Source: Candidatus Methylomirabilota bacterium
GTDB taxonomy: Bacteria; Methylomirabilota; Methylomirabilia; Rokubacteriales; CSP1-6
Reading direction: 5' to 3'
NCBI GenBank assembly: GCA_046726415.1
Contig: JBKPAK010000146.1
Span: 1-55,260 of the forward strand
DNA length: 55,260 nucleotides
Of this stretch, positions 28,818-39,639 are shown in pieces. A program made the position numbers and the translations under genes. The notes under the pieces were generated by a model, which ran no database searches, had not been told where the DNA came from, and was given only the letters and a program-made list of their open reading frames with translations. Each line of letters starts with the position of its first letter. Position 1 is the first letter of the stretch.

Positions 28818-30326
28818 CTAGGTCTCGGGGCGGGGATTCGTCTCCGGACTGCGGCGTTCCGGTGACCGGGACAGGAGACCGTAGTACCGCGAGAACGGCA
28901 GTTGTGGCACGGGAACCGCGCGGGGCAGTATACGGAGACCCCGGCCATCCACGATCTCGCATTCGTAGGTCGTGCGGCTGGTCGGCATCGCCCGCGCTTT
29001 TGCGATCGTGAGCCCGAGCCGGAACGTGTCGCCCAATTCGACCCAGTTCAGGAGCAGAATGTTGTCCACCACCGAGCTGACTTCCATGATTCCGGTCATG
29101 GAGGACATGCCCAACATCTCGGGATTTTCGTGGCTGAACAGGGCGGTAATGTGCCGCTGCCGAAACAGCGCCACGACGGCATGAAGGAAGTCCCGCGAGT
29201 AGGCGGTGGGGCTGATCATCGACCCGTACCCGGCCAGGCTGTCGACGACGACGCGCTGCGGCGTGAGACGCGCGACCCGTCTCTCCAGTTCGGCGAAATG
29301 GCGGTCGATCTCCATCTCCTGCGGGGGTTCGTACCACACGTCGAGCAGGCCGCGGTCGATCTCGTGCCTGAGGTCGATTCCAAGGGTGGCCGCGTTTCGG
29401 ATCATCCGGGTCTGGGTTTCGTCGAGCGTCACCATGAGGCCTCGTTCCCCCCGCCGGGCGCCCTCGGCCAGGAACTGTAACCCCATGACGGTTTTCCCAA
29501 CTCCGGAAATGCCCACGACCAATGTCGTGCTGCCGACGAAGTACCCACCGTTGAGGACGTCGTCGAGACCGTCGACCCCCGTCGGGACCCGCGCCGTGAC
29601 ATCCGCTGTACCGGCCGGAATCCAGTCCCGGTCCGCCACGGCTTGCGCCCGTCGGTATACCTCGAGCCCGCGCTGGTTCACGATGCGGAACGAGTGTGAT
29701 CCCAGCAGGTAGTCTTGACCCCGCGATTTCACGATCTCGAGCGATCGCATGACGGCGCGACGGACCGACTCCCGCCCAAGCCGGATGATCGTGTCCGCGA
29801 TGTAGTCCGCCGGCACCGTGCCGGTGCCGGCGCGGTCCGCGGGCGCGTCGAGCGCGAACATGGCAGTCACCTCTTCGCGGTGCAGGGCCTCGACCAGGAT
29901 GTGGAAGAGCTCGCGCGCGTCGCCATTGCCGTTGCGCATGCCGGCCAGGCCGTCGATGAAGATCCGTCGCGCGCCCATGCGGCTTGCCTCGGTCAGCAGC
30001 ACGCTGTCCGGCTCGACTACCTCCTCCTGGAACACGCGCCACGTCGTGGACAGGATCTTCAGATGGCCCTGGGCTTCCAGCGCTCGCAGGTCCCAGCCGA
30101 ACTGCGCGGCGTCACGGATGAGCCTCTCCGCCGAGACCTCGAACGTCACGATGATGCCCGGCTCCTCAAATTCGCGCGCGCCGCGATACACAAACTCGAC
30201 GCCGAGCGTGGTCTTGCCGGTACCGGGTGAGCCGGTCACGATGACGACATTGCCGCGCGGGAGACCTCCGAGCAGAATGTCATCGAGTCCGGTAATCCCC
30301 GTTCGGACGACGGCGGAATCGGGCAT
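28818..30326 (-). CDS. Double-domain KaiC-like ATPase
   Basis: Two RecA-like domains with Walker A GSPGTGKT and GISGVGKT; IVKSRG and IAKAR motifs; VSSVVDNILLL. Confidence 0.92.
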   Translation of the reverse strand: MPDSAVVRTGITGLDDILLGGLPRGNVVIVTGSPGTGKTTLGVEFVYRGAREFEEPGIIVTFEVSAERLIRDAAQFGWDLRALEAQGHLKILSTTWRVFQEEVVEPDSVLLTEASRMGARRIFIDGLAGMRNGNGDARELFHILVEALHREEVTAMFALDAPADRAGTGTVPADYIADTIIRLGRESVRRAVMRSLEIVKSRGQDYLLGSHSFRIVNQRGLEVYRRAQAVADRDWIPAGTADVTARVPTGVDGLDDVLNGGYFVGSTTLVVGISGVGKTVMGLQFLAEGARRGERGLMVTLDETQTRMIRNAATLGIDLRHEIDRGLLDVWYEPPQEMEIDRHFAELERRVARLTPQRVVVDSLAGYGSMISPTAYSRDFLHAVVALFRQRHITALFSHENPEMLGMSSMTGIMEVSSVVDNILLLNWVELGDTFRLGLTIAKARAMPTSRTTYECEIVDGRGLRILPRAVPVPQLPFSRYYGLLSRSPERRSPETNPRPET

Positions 30327-30663
30327 CGGCCTCCTTCCCTGACGCGCCGTGGCTACATGTTGAAAAAGGTCACCCCTACGTTACCCTAAAACACTGTGGA
30401 CATGGAGCCATGGCCAGTACTCCGGGCTCCTGGTTCCGCGACGTCCGATGGACCACGAACCGAGGATGCGAGCGGCTCGGGCTGGACGACGGCGATACGC
30501 CATGGATAATGGCAGAGATCGACCGACCCGGATGGGGAGAGCTGGCATGACCAGTATGGAATCCGCCCGCGCCCGGCGAAAGTCGCCGAAGTGACAGCGG
30601 CGGCGCGCCCGCGCATCAGGAGCGGTGACCCGGGTGGCCGGAGTCGCCCCAAAGGAGGCCAGC

Positions 30664-31263
30664 ATGTCCCACCGAGGCTTTTCCCACATCGGCCTTTCGA
30701 CGCTGGATCTCGACAAGACCCGCGATTTCTACGAGAACATCCTGAAGTTCAAGGCGGTGCGCTGCGACACCATCAAGATGCAGGAGGGTGGGCAGATTCG
30801 CCACATCTTCTTCGACACCGGGCGCGATCAGTTCATCGCCTTCATGGAAGCTCGGGGAGTGCCGGGGGTGCCGGCCTGGTACGACGCGGGGATCAACCGC
30901 GGCCTCGGGGTGCCGAATGCGTTTTATCACTTCGCCTTCGAGGCGGGCTCGGAGGCGGGGCTGGACGAGAAGCGCAACGAGCTGCTCGCCCGAGGCGTCG
31001 ACGTCACCGATGTGGTTGACCACGAGTGGGCCAAGTCCATCTACTTCAAGGACCCCAACGGCATCCAGCTGGAATACTGCTGCTTCACCCGCAACCTCAA
31101 CGCGAACGATGCCCGGATGCAGGACCGTTTCGAGACGTCCGTCCGCCGGCTGGGGCTGGAGGATCTCGATGCCCTGAAGTCGGCTTCGCGGGTGAGACTC
31201 GACTCCGACGTGAACAGCGAATCGTCGAAAGCCGCTGCTCCCGCGGGCGCGACAATGCCGTAA
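30664..31263 (+). CDS. VOC/glyoxalase family protein
   Basis: SHIGL, YHFAF, SIYFKDPNGIQLE; AAGGAGG RBS. Confidence 0.88.
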   Translation: MSHRGFSHIGLSTLDLDKTRDFYENILKFKAVRCDTIKMQEGGQIRHIFFDTGRDQFIAFMEARGVPGVPAWYDAGINRGLGVPNAFYHFAFEAGSEAGLDEKRNELLARGVDVTDVVDHEWAKSIYFKDPNGIQLEYCCFTRNLNANDARMQDRFETSVRRLGLEDLDALKSASRVRLDSDVNSESSKAAAPAGATMP

Positions 31264-31315
31264 GGCCAGAGGCGCAGGGGGAGGCGGCGATCGCCTTCCC
31301 CTGCTCCGGAAGAGC

Positions 31316-32065
31316 TTATCCGCGGGCGCGGGCCGACTCGATCGCGCCCTCCTCCCAGATGCTGTGCTTGCGCGTCTCCGGCATCACGAAGACCGCGATC
31401 AGGAACATGATGGCCGGTACCACGATGGGATAGACGAGCGCATAGGCCACGCTGTTGGTGGAGAGGTACATCGAGGTCGTGACGATCGGGACCAGACCGC
31501 CGCCCCAACCGTTGCCAATGTGATACGGCACCGACACCGAGGTATATCGGATCCGAGAGGGGAAGAACTCGGCCAGGAACGCCCCGATCGGCCCGTAGGT
31601 CATGCCGACGTAATTCACCAGGATCACCACGATGAGAATCGACATCGCGTAGTTGACGTTCTTAGGATCCGCGTAGGCCCCCAGCGCCGAGTAGAGCGGG
31701 TAGTACGTGAGCGAGGCCAGGGCCATGCCGCCCAGGATGATCGGCTTGCGGCCGACCTTATCCGAGAGCCAGCCCCAGAAGATCAGGGTGGGGGTGGCGA
31801 TCAGCAGCGCGATGCCGACGATCCAGCTCGATGTGAGCACGTCGAGCTTCTTGACCGTCTGAAGGAAGTAGAGCGCCCAGAACTGGCCGCTGTACCAGAC
31901 GCAACCCTGTCCCAGCACCACCACGCTAGCGATGACCACGTACTTGAAATTCTTGCTGAGAAACGCCTCGCGCCACGGGTTGGTGGTGGTGCGGCCCCGC
32001 GCCTTGATGTCCTGGAAGATCGGCGTCTCCCCGAGCGAGAGCCGGATCCAGATCGCGATGGCGAC
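31316..32065 (-). pseudogene. C-terminal half of an MFS (metabolite:H+ symporter-type) transporter
   Basis: IRLSLGETPIF, GWLSDKVGRKP, AEFFPSRIRYTSVS, MPETR; the first six helices are missing. Confidence 0.8.
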
Positions 32066-32200
32066 ATGGCGTTCATCGAGGCGTCGCTGCTCGATTCCCA
32101 CGCCACGCTCATCGCCACGGCCACCGCGATCGCTCGGGTCATCCCCCTCGACCGGGCGCGATCCGCGGCGTGAGGGGAGGATGACCGATCCGCTGTTGGC

Positions 32201-32401
32201 TCAGGTCGGCTCGTCGACGATCGAGAGAGCTTGCTTAGGGCAGCGCCGTACGGCCCCTTCAACGCGGGCCCGCAGTGCCTCGGGCGGCCGCTCCTGTTTC
32301 AGGCGCAGCTGGTCGTCCTCGCCCACTTCGAAGACCTCGGGCACGAGGCGCGCGCACACGGCGTTGCTCTCGCAGAGATCCCGGTCTACCCGTACAAGCA
32401 T
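32201..32401 (-). CDS. P450-type single-cluster ferredoxin (likely 3Fe-4S)
   Basis: VDRDLCESNAVC...PEVF...CPKQAL. Confidence 0.9.
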   Translation of the reverse strand: MLVRVDRDLCESNAVCARLVPEVFEVGEDDQLRLKQERPPEALRARVEGAVRRCPKQALSIVDEPT

Positions 32402-32474
32402 TTTTCGCCCCTCGCCGATGCGTCTTGAGTAGAGTGTAGCTCGAGGCCGACCTCTCCGCAGGAAGGAGCACGGC

Positions 32475-33734
32475 ATGAGTGTCATTCCGACCCCGACCAC
32501 GACCCTCGCATTGGACGAGATCAACCTGGCCAGCTTTGACTTCTGGCTGCGCGACGACGGGGACGGTGCCCTCGCCAAGCTGCGCCGTGAGCGACCCGTG
32601 GCCTGGCATCAGCATCCCGACTCGGGGAAGGGCTTCTGGTCCCTCACCCGCTACCACGATGTGGCCGCGGCGACCCGCGACTGGGAGACGTTCAGCTCGG
32701 CCCACGGGATCCAAGCGATGATGGACCCGGAGGACATGCCGCAGCTCACCGCCATTCGCTCGATGATCTCCACGGATCCGCCGAAGCACACGAAGCTCCG
32801 CGCAGTGGTCAACCGGGGCTTCACGCCGAAGATGGTCGCCAGGGCGGAAGAGTCGGTCCGGCGTCGAGCGCGCGAGATCGTCGACGCCATCGCCCCCAAG
32901 GGCGAGGTCGAGTTCGTCTCCGAGGTGGCGGCGGTGCTGCCGGTGGCCATCATCTGCGACATGGTGGGCGTCCCCGAGGCCGATCGGCCTCGCGTGCTCG
33001 ACCTCACCAATCGGCTGCTGGGCGGCGGCGACGCCGAGTATGGCGGCACCAAGGAATCGCTCCGGCAAGCGGGAGAGGAACTGCGCGACTACGGGCTCTG
33101 GCTCGGTCGGAGCCGCCTGGAGCATCCCGAGAGCGACCTCGCCACGACGCTCGTCCATGCGGAGGTGGACGGTGAAGCCATGCCGCCCCACGATCTGGGG
33201 CCTTTCATCCTCTTGCTCATCGCCGCCGGCAACGAGACGACCCGGACCGCCATCAGTCATGGCCTGTGGGCATTCACCCAGTTCCCGGATCAGAAGCAGC
33301 GCTGGCTGGCCGACCTCGACGGCTGCGCGGGCACCGCGGCCGAGGAGATTGTCCGGTGGGCAACCCCGGTCCTGCACATGCGCCGTACCGTCAGCCGCGA
33401 CACCGCATGCGCCGGTGTCGAGATGCGCGCCGGCGACAAGGTTGTGATGTGGTACTTCTCGGCGAATCGCGACGAGGCGTACTGCCTGGATCCCTACCGC
33501 TTCGATATCACCCGTGCGCCGAACGAGCAGGCCGGCTTCGGGACCGGTGGTCCCCACTTCTGCCTGGGAGCCCACCTGGCACGACGCGAAATCACCGTGA
33601 TGTTCACCGAGTTGCTCCGTCGCCTGCCCGACATCGAGGCGACGGGAAAGCCCGAGAAGCTGCGTTCGAACTTCATTCGCGGCATCAAGCGGCTGCCAGC
33701 GGCGTTCAAGCCCGTCTCGTCTCGCGCCGGCTGA
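32475..33734 (+). CDS. Cytochrome P450 (resembling the CYP124/125/142 group)
   Basis: AGNETT, EEIVRW (ExxR), SANRD, FGTGGPHFCLG. Confidence 0.95.
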   Translation: MSVIPTPTTTLALDEINLASFDFWLRDDGDGALAKLRRERPVAWHQHPDSGKGFWSLTRYHDVAAATRDWETFSSAHGIQAMMDPEDMPQLTAIRSMISTDPPKHTKLRAVVNRGFTPKMVARAEESVRRRAREIVDAIAPKGEVEFVSEVAAVLPVAIICDMVGVPEADRPRVLDLTNRLLGGGDAEYGGTKESLRQAGEELRDYGLWLGRSRLEHPESDLATTLVHAEVDGEAMPPHDLGPFILLLIAAGNETTRTAISHGLWAFTQFPDQKQRWLADLDGCAGTAAEEIVRWATPVLHMRRTVSRDTACAGVEMRAGDKVVMWYFSANRDEAYCLDPYRFDITRAPNEQAGFGTGGPHFCLGAHLARREITVMFTELLRRLPDIEATGKPEKLRSNFIRGIKRLPAAFKPVSSRAG

Positions 33735-33774
33735 CTCGGATGAGGGCGCCCTGCGGGGTGGGCGCCCGGGAAGA

Positions 33775-33903
33775 TTACGAGGAGGCTGCCCCCAGCGGCT
33801 GGGCCCGGCGAGCGCGTACCTTCTCACGCCATCGGTAGGTCCAGACGAACGAAACCGCCGCCACGGGAATCGACGAGGTCAGGGCCACGAACCACGGTTC
33901 CAT
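33775..33903 (-). CDS. Small single-TM protein (42 aa)
   Basis: AGGAGG RBS; MEPWFVALTSSIPVAAVSFVWTY followed by a basic tail. Confidence 0.45.
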   Translation of the reverse strand: MEPWFVALTSSIPVAAVSFVWTYRWREKVRARRAQPLGAASS

Positions 33904-33981
33904 GAACGATCCTCCTGCTCCTACGACGCGTGGACAGGGCGTCGCGATTCGTCGACCGCACTTTTTTCTCGGAGGGATCAC

Positions 33982-34022
33982 TGCGAACTCGATAGGCAAG
34001 CGTGCGAACTCGATAGGCAAGC
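33982..34022. repeat. 20-bp direct repeat x2 with 21-bp period
   Basis: TGCGAACTCGATAGGCAAGC at 33982-34001 and 34003-34022. Confidence 0.9.
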
Positions 34023-34189
34023 TGTCGGGCATTTTTCCTTGGGAGGCACGATGCCGTGGGGCGGTGCGGCGTGCAATGATACCGCGCACTTCGATCTTCT
34101 CGGTGTGATCGGCCGGCTGGGACCACCGTCCAACTTCGGGAGTCATCATGGCGCGAGTCCCCGGGCGTCCCCCGGCTCTTTTTGATTCT

Positions 34190-34205
34190 CGCAAAAAAGA
34201 TGCCA
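34190..34205 (-). promoter_or_regulatory. Candidate sigma54 promoter
   Basis: TGGCATCTTTTTTGCG on the minus strand, close to consensus. Confidence 0.5.
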
Positions 34206-34319
34206 CACCGATGCTTCATGGCGCCCTGACAACCGTCACATCTGGTGAATGCACCCTGACACAGTGTTGCCCTGCTGCCCGGCGTGGCCAGGCCATGAGC
34301 GAGCCCGCGCCGGGCTCCC

Positions 34320-34800
34320 CCGGGGTTCCTCGGCGCGCCGCTTCGCCGCGCTCATGAAGAAGAACCCGGCCCTTCGGGGCGTGGTGTTCGATCGTGCCCA
34401 TACTGTTCCCAGCGCCCTCCCGGCCGCCGAAGACCTCGGCCTGCACGGTCGCTTTTCCGCAGTGGCCGGGGATTTCTTCACATCGGTGCCGCTGGCTGAC
34501 CTCTATCTGTTGAAGTTGGTCCTGCACGACTGGAGCGACGATGCCTGCATCGCGATTCTGAAAAACTGTCGACGGGCAATTCACCCAGGCGGACGCATCG
34601 TCGCGGTGGAGATGTTGATCGGCGAGATCGGCGCACCCGGCTCTTCCCCGTTGATCGACCTGGACATGCTGGTCATGCTTGGTGGCCGGGAGCGCAATCT
34701 GGAGGAGTACAAAGCTCTGTTCACTTCAGCCGGCTTTGCTTTTTCCCGCGCCACACCTACGTCGACACCCAGAGTCCCATCATGGGAAGCCTCAGGTTAA
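34320..34800 (+). pseudogene. 5'-truncated SAM-dependent O-methyltransferase
   Basis: GVVFD, AGDFF, LKLVLHDWSDD, GGRER; the N-terminal dimerisation domain and motif I are missing. Confidence 0.8.
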
Positions 34801-34943
34801 GCGCCTCAACGCCGACCCACAGGTCTGCCAGGTTCTGAGCCAGGCGGCAGAAGCGGTCATTTCACGGGCCCATGCCGAGCGGCCAAATCACGTCTCTCCA
34901 ACAGTCGCGGCGGGCCGGCGTTCACACGACCCGCCGCCTCCGG

Positions 34944-35366
34944 CTACGAAGCCCGGCGGAGGAAGTCCAACACCTCCCGCTTGAAGGCCTCGAAGTCTCC
35001 GAGGCGGTGGGTGAGCGTCTCGAAGACGATCTCGTCGTCGATGCGCCCGTATTCGTGCACGAGCAGGTTGCGCAGTCCTTTCATCCGGCGCACGGTCGCC
35101 GTCATCTCCGTCGAGAGGACGCCTCGGACCAGCAGCTTCTGGAACAGATCGTCCTCATCTCCCGGTAATCCTAACCGCAGACCCGACACCAGGAGCGAGC
35201 ACACGTCGACGACGGCCTCGACGAGGATCTGCAGCAGTCGCTCACACGCGCGCCGCTTCTCGATGCTCTTGTACTCGCTGAGCCGCGCGGGTGCTACGGC
35301 GCGGAGCTCGGCCAGGTACCCATCCATCTCGTCGAGTCGGGCCAGGAGACGGTCGCGATCAATCAC
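34944..35366 (-). CDS. hepT: HepT-like (DUF86) HEPN ribonuclease toxin
   Basis: RNLLVHEY (RX4HXY); overlaps the MNT gene. Confidence 0.9.
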   Translation of the reverse strand: MIDRDRLLARLDEMDGYLAELRAVAPARLSEYKSIEKRRACERLLQILVEAVVDVCSLLVSGLRLGLPGDEDDLFQKLLVRGVLSTEMTATVRRMKGLRNLLVHEYGRIDDEIVFETLTHRLGDFEAFKREVLDFLRRAS

Positions 35367-35751
35367 GCGCGACCTGCTCCAGGTAGTGCCGGTGGATGTG
35401 CCGGAAAGCCTCGAAGGCTCGCGCGGTGCGGGTGGCCAGCGCGTACAGCGCCGGCTCGTCGCGCACGAAGAGAACCGAGCCTTCCTTGAGAATACGGCTC
35501 CGTACGACAAGCGGAAGCCGCTGGAACACGACGAGGTCCACGTCAGCCTCGGCCAGGTACGCCAGCCGCTTGCCGTCGAGCGCGACGTCGCTCATGCGCT
35601 CCCTCCCCAGGACAAGGCAGACGTCGAGGTCAGACCGCGGCGATGCGTCGCCACGCGCCCGGCTGCCGAAGACGATCACGGCCAGGACGTCGGGGTCACG
35701 CGCGGCGCGGGTGACCAGCCGATTCAGGGCTGGATGCGCATTGGTGTCCAC
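35359..35751 (-). CDS. mntA: Minimal nucleotidyltransferase antitoxin (MntA-like)
   Basis: FGSRARGDASPRSDLDV (GSX10DXD). Confidence 0.9.
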   Translation of the reverse strand: MDTNAHPALNRLVTRAARDPDVLAVIVFGSRARGDASPRSDLDVCLVLGRERMSDVALDGKRLAYLAEADVDLVVFQRLPLVVRSRILKEGSVLFVRDEPALYALATRTARAFEAFRHIHRHYLEQVARD

Positions 35752-35855
35752 GTCAGCATGATATGCGTGGTCGCGCGGCCGCCCAACTTGACGGTCGGCG
35801 AAAGGTCTTGATTCAGAGTACCATCCGGGCCAATTTGAGGCAGGGAGGGAACGCG

Positions 35856-36473
35856 ATGAGTTACATGGTCGCATCGAGCCGGACCCTTGCGGAGCCGGCA
35901 CACCGGATCACCCCGGCAAAGTTCGCCCACGTCGTGCTGAAGACGGCCAACTACGACGCGATGATCGAGTGGTACGCCGCGGTGCTCCAGGCGGGGGTGG
36001 TCTTCCGGAACGAGTTCATCGCGTTCCTCACCTATGACGACGAACACCATCGGGTGGCCATCATCAAGGTCCGGGGGGGCCGGGCCGCCGATGCGGACGC
36101 CGCCGGCGTGCACCACATCGCCTTCACCTACGCCAGTCTCGGCGATCTTCTGTCGACCTACCGGCGGCTCAAGGGGCACGGAATCGAGCCGGCCCGCTGC
36201 ATCAACCACGGGCCGACGACCTCGATGTACTACTGCGACCCGGACGGCCTGCGCGTGGAGCTGCAGATCGATAACTTCGCGACCGCGGACGAGGCGCACG
36301 CGTACCTGGTCGGCCCGGACTTCGCGGCCAACCCCATCGGGGTTATCTACGATCCGGAGCAATTGATCCGCGACTACGAGGCCGGGGCTCCGCTCGAGGA
36401 GCTGGTACGGCGGCCGCCGCTGCCGCCCGGCAAAACGCCCATGGATATGCGCGCGGAGAGGCCCCGCGCCTGA
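35856..36473 (+). CDS. VOC family protein (extradiol-dioxygenase-like)
   Basis: FAHVVL, YDDEHHR, HHIAF, NHGPTTSMYY.DPDG. Confidence 0.88.
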   Translation: MSYMVASSRTLAEPAHRITPAKFAHVVLKTANYDAMIEWYAAVLQAGVVFRNEFIAFLTYDDEHHRVAIIKVRGGRAADADAAGVHHIAFTYASLGDLLSTYRRLKGHGIEPARCINHGPTTSMYYCDPDGLRVELQIDNFATADEAHAYLVGPDFAANPIGVIYDPEQLIRDYEAGAPLEELVRRPPLPPGKTPMDMRAERPRA

Positions 36474-36599
36474 AGTGGCGGCCAGTCGAACGGAGGGACG
36501 CATGGCCAGACTGACAGAGATCACCCGCAAGAGGCCGGTTGCGGCTAACGATCAGGCGATCGTGGACGCGATCGAGCTCACGGTCGAGCTGCTGGCGCC

Positions 36600-37535
36600 A
36601 TGAAGCAGACCACGCGCCTGCGCCAGCTGCTGGCCCAAGGGCGGACGCTCCTCGTTCCCGGCTGCTACGACGCGCTCAGCGCCCGCATCCTCGAGCGCGC
36701 GGGCTTTCCCGCCGTCTACATGACGGGGTATGGCACCGCGCTGGCCCTGCTCGGGTTGCCCGACGCCGGACTGGCCACCATGACCGAGATGCACCTGAAC
36801 GCCCGCTACATCGCCAACGCGGTGGCCTTGCCCGTGATCGCCGACGCCGACAACGGCTATGGCAACGCCATCAACGTCATCCGCACCGTGCGCGAGTACA
36901 TCCAGACGGGTGTGGCCGCCATTCACATCGAGGACCAGGTCGTTCCCAAACGCTGCGGTCATGTGGCGGGACGCCAGGTGATCGCGCTGGAAGAAGCCGT
37001 CGGCAAGTATCGGGCGGCCCACCGGGTGCGCAAGGAGCTTGACCCCGACTTCGTCATCATCGCCCGCACCGACGCTCGGGGAGCCCACGGCGGCTCGCTC
37101 GACGAGGCCATCCGGCGGGCCAACGTCTACCTGGAGGCCGGCGCCGATCTGGCCTTCGTCGAGGGACCGACCTCGGCGGACGAGGTCCGACGCGTGTCGG
37201 CCGAGGTAAAGGGTCCCGTCTTCTACAACCAGACCGGCGTGTCGCCCCGCTTCACCTTGGGCGAGATGCAGGACCTCGGCCTGGCGGTGACCATCCTGCC
37301 CGGCGCCCTGCTCCGGGTGACGCTCCGCGCGCTCTATGACTTCGCGGTGGCGCTCCGCGAGCGGGGGCCGGTGGTGGAGGCGGAATTCGCCGAGGCGCTC
37401 GCGCAACACCCACTCGCCAACGTCCATGCCTTTGCCGGCTTCGATCAGATTCGCCGCTGGGAGGAGGAATTCCTCCCTGCCGAGGAGATCGAGAAGTACC
37501 AGGACTCCGTCGGCTACCGCCCGTCGCGCGACTGA
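36600..37535 (+). CDS. Isocitrate lyase/PEP mutase family C-C lyase (methylisocitrate/dimethylmalate lyase-like)
   Basis: [28 protein letters not shown]. Confidence 0.92.
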   Translation: MKQTTRLRQLLAQGRTLLVPGCYDALSARILERAGFPAVYMTGYGTALALLGLPDAGLATMTEMHLNARYIANAVALPVIADADNGYGNAINVIRTVREYIQTGVAAIHIEDQVVPKRCGHVAGRQVIALEEAVGKYRAAHRVRKELDPDFVIIARTDARGAHGGSLDEAIRRANVYLEAGADLAFVEGPTSADEVRRVSAEVKGPVFYNQTGVSPRFTLGEMQDLGLAVTILPGALLRVTLRALYDFAVALRERGPVVEAEFAEALAQHPLANVHAFAGFDQIRRWEEEFLPAEEIEKYQDSVGYRPSRD

Positions 37536-37545
37536 GCGGTCGGGC

Positions 37546-38949
37546 ATGAGCACGCCCCGCACGATGTTCGACAAGATCTGGGAGAGTCACGTCGTCGCCA
37601 CCGGTCCCGGCAGCCGGGCGCTTCTCTATGTCGACCGGCTGCTCCTCCACGACGGCAGCGGCGCCGCCTTCGAGCGGCTCGCCCGGCGCGGGCTGACGGT
37701 GCGGCGGCCTGCCCAGTCGCTGGCGACCGCCGACCACTACGTGCCGACCGTCGGCCGTGCCGCCGGCATCGCCGATCCTGCTATACGCGCGATGGTAGAG
37801 CGACTCCAGCACCATACGGAGCGCAACGGTATCGATTACCTTGGTCCAACCGATGCTCGCCAGGGCATCGTCCACATCATCGGGCCCGAGCAAGGCTTCA
37901 CCGAGCCCGGACTCTTCCTCGTGTGCGGCGACTCTCACACCTCAACCCACGGCGCCTTCGGTTGCCTGGCCGCCGGCATCGGCTCCTCCGAGGTCGAGCA
38001 CGTCCTGGCCACCCAATGCCTCTGGCAGCGCCAGCCGCGGGTCATGCGCGTCACGGTCGACGGCCCTCGCGGAATCGGTGTCCATGCCATGGACGTCATC
38101 CTCGCCGTCATCGCCGCTATCGGCGCCGGGGGCGGGACCGGCCACGCCATCGAGTACGCGGGCTCGACCATCCGAGCCATGTCGATGGACGAGCGGATGA
38201 CGGTCTGCAACATGTCGATCGAGGCCGGGGCGCGGGCCGGGATGGTCGCGCCTGACGACACGACCTATGCGTACGTCCACGGTCGGCCGTGGGCCCCTGC
38301 GGGCGATCGCTGGCAACAGGCCGTCGCCTACTGGAAGACCCTCCCCAGCGACGCCGGCGCCGTCTTCGACCGCGAGGTGACCCTCGACGGCGAGGCCATC
38401 GCGCCGATGGTCACGTGGGGCACCAGCCCGGAGACGGCCGTGCCCGTTACCGAGGGCGTGCCCGATCCTTCCTGCGCGCCCGACACCATTCGCCGCGCCT
38501 CCATGGAACGCATGCTCGCGTACATGGGTCTCACCGCCGGGACACCGCTGACCGGTATCACCGTCGACCGCGTCTTCATCGGTTCCTGCACCAATAGCCG
38601 CCTCGATGACCTTCGCGTTGCCGCCACGGTGGCGCGCGGCCGCCGCGTGCGAGTGCCGGCCCTGGTGGTGCCGGGCTCGGGCCTCGTGAAAGAGGCCGCC
38701 GAGCGCGAGGGCCTCGACCGCGTCTTCCGAGAGGCGGGCTTCGAGTGGCGAGAGCCGGGCTGCTCGATGTGCGTCGGGATGAACGGTGACCTCGGCCGGC
38801 CCGGCGAGCGGATCGCCTCGACCTCCAACCGCAACTTCGAGGGCCGGCAGGGGAAGGGTGTGCGCACGCACCTGATGAGCCCGGCAATGGCCGCGGCAGC
38901 GGCCGTCACCGGCGCCATCGTCGACGTGCGCAGCTTGGCGGCCCGCTGA
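37546..38949 (+). CDS. leuC: 3-isopropylmalate dehydratase-like large subunit
   Basis: [47 protein letters not shown]. Confidence 0.93.
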   Translation: MSTPRTMFDKIWESHVVATGPGSRALLYVDRLLLHDGSGAAFERLARRGLTVRRPAQSLATADHYVPTVGRAAGIADPAIRAMVERLQHHTERNGIDYLGPTDARQGIVHIIGPEQGFTEPGLFLVCGDSHTSTHGAFGCLAAGIGSSEVEHVLATQCLWQRQPRVMRVTVDGPRGIGVHAMDVILAVIAAIGAGGGTGHAIEYAGSTIRAMSMDERMTVCNMSIEAGARAGMVAPDDTTYAYVHGRPWAPAGDRWQQAVAYWKTLPSDAGAVFDREVTLDGEAIAPMVTWGTSPETAVPVTEGVPDPSCAPDTIRRASMERMLAYMGLTAGTPLTGITVDRVFIGSCTNSRLDDLRVAATVARGRRVRVPALVVPGSGLVKEAAEREGLDRVFREAGFEWREPGCSMCVGMNGDLGRPGERIASTSNRNFEGRQGKGVRTHLMSPAMAAAAAVTGAIVDVRSLAAR

Positions 38950-39584
38950 TGGAGCCCTTCGGGCGCCTGGAGGCGGTGGCCGTCCCCATCGATCTGCCCA
39001 ACGTAGACACCGACCGGATCATCCCGGCGCGGTTTCTCCGTCACGCGCCCGGACCCGGGTACGAGCGCTACCTGTTCCATGACGTCCGCTTCGACGATGA
39101 GGGGCGCGAGCGGCCCGAGTTTGTCCTGAACCAGGCGCCTTACCGCGGCGCCCGGATCGTGGTGGCCGCCGAGAACTTCGCCTGCGGATCTTCGCGCGAG
39201 GCGGCCGTGTGGGCGCTGGCCGCCAACGGGTTCCGGGCCTGCGTGGCCCCGAGCTTCGGCGACATCTTCAGTGAGAACTGCGCCAAGAACGGCCTGCTCG
39301 CCGTCGTCCTCACCGCCGACGTCTGCGGCGGACTGAGGCGGCAGCTGCGCGAGCGCCCGGGCGCCACCGTGGTCGTCGACCTGCCGGCGCAGACGATCAC
39401 AGGCCCCAACGGCGCGCGTCACGCCTTCGAGGTCGACGGTTTTCGCAAGGAGTGCCTGCTCCGCGGCCAGGATGAGATCGCCCTGACCCTCAGCTACGAG
39501 CCCGCCATCGCCGCCTACGAGGCGCGGCGGTCGGCGGAGTGGCCCTGGCGAGGCGGCGTGGCGTCCATTTCGCCAGGTCGCTAG
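38949..39584 (+). CDS. leuD: 3-isopropylmalate dehydratase-like small subunit
   Basis: NVDTDRIIPARFL, NFACGSSRE, SFGDIF..N. Confidence 0.93.
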   Translation: MEPFGRLEAVAVPIDLPNVDTDRIIPARFLRHAPGPGYERYLFHDVRFDDEGRERPEFVLNQAPYRGARIVVAAENFACGSSREAAVWALAANGFRACVAPSFGDIFSENCAKNGLLAVVLTADVCGGLRRQLRERPGATVVVDLPAQTITGPNGARHAFEVDGFRKECLLRGQDEIALTLSYEPAIAAYEARRSAEWPWRGGVASISPGR

Positions 39585-39639
39585 AATCCGCGATTCGTCA
39601 GCTCGTCATTTCTTCTCGCTGGGACCAGACGAACCGCCC

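Noticed and set aside
26754-28865. 703-aa plus-strand ORF
   Set aside because: Antisense shadow of the hybrid kinase; no motifs, and such shadows are typical of high-GC DNA.
37546-39584. A complete leucine biosynthesis operon
   Set aside because: No leuA/leuB nearby, and the context points to catabolism.
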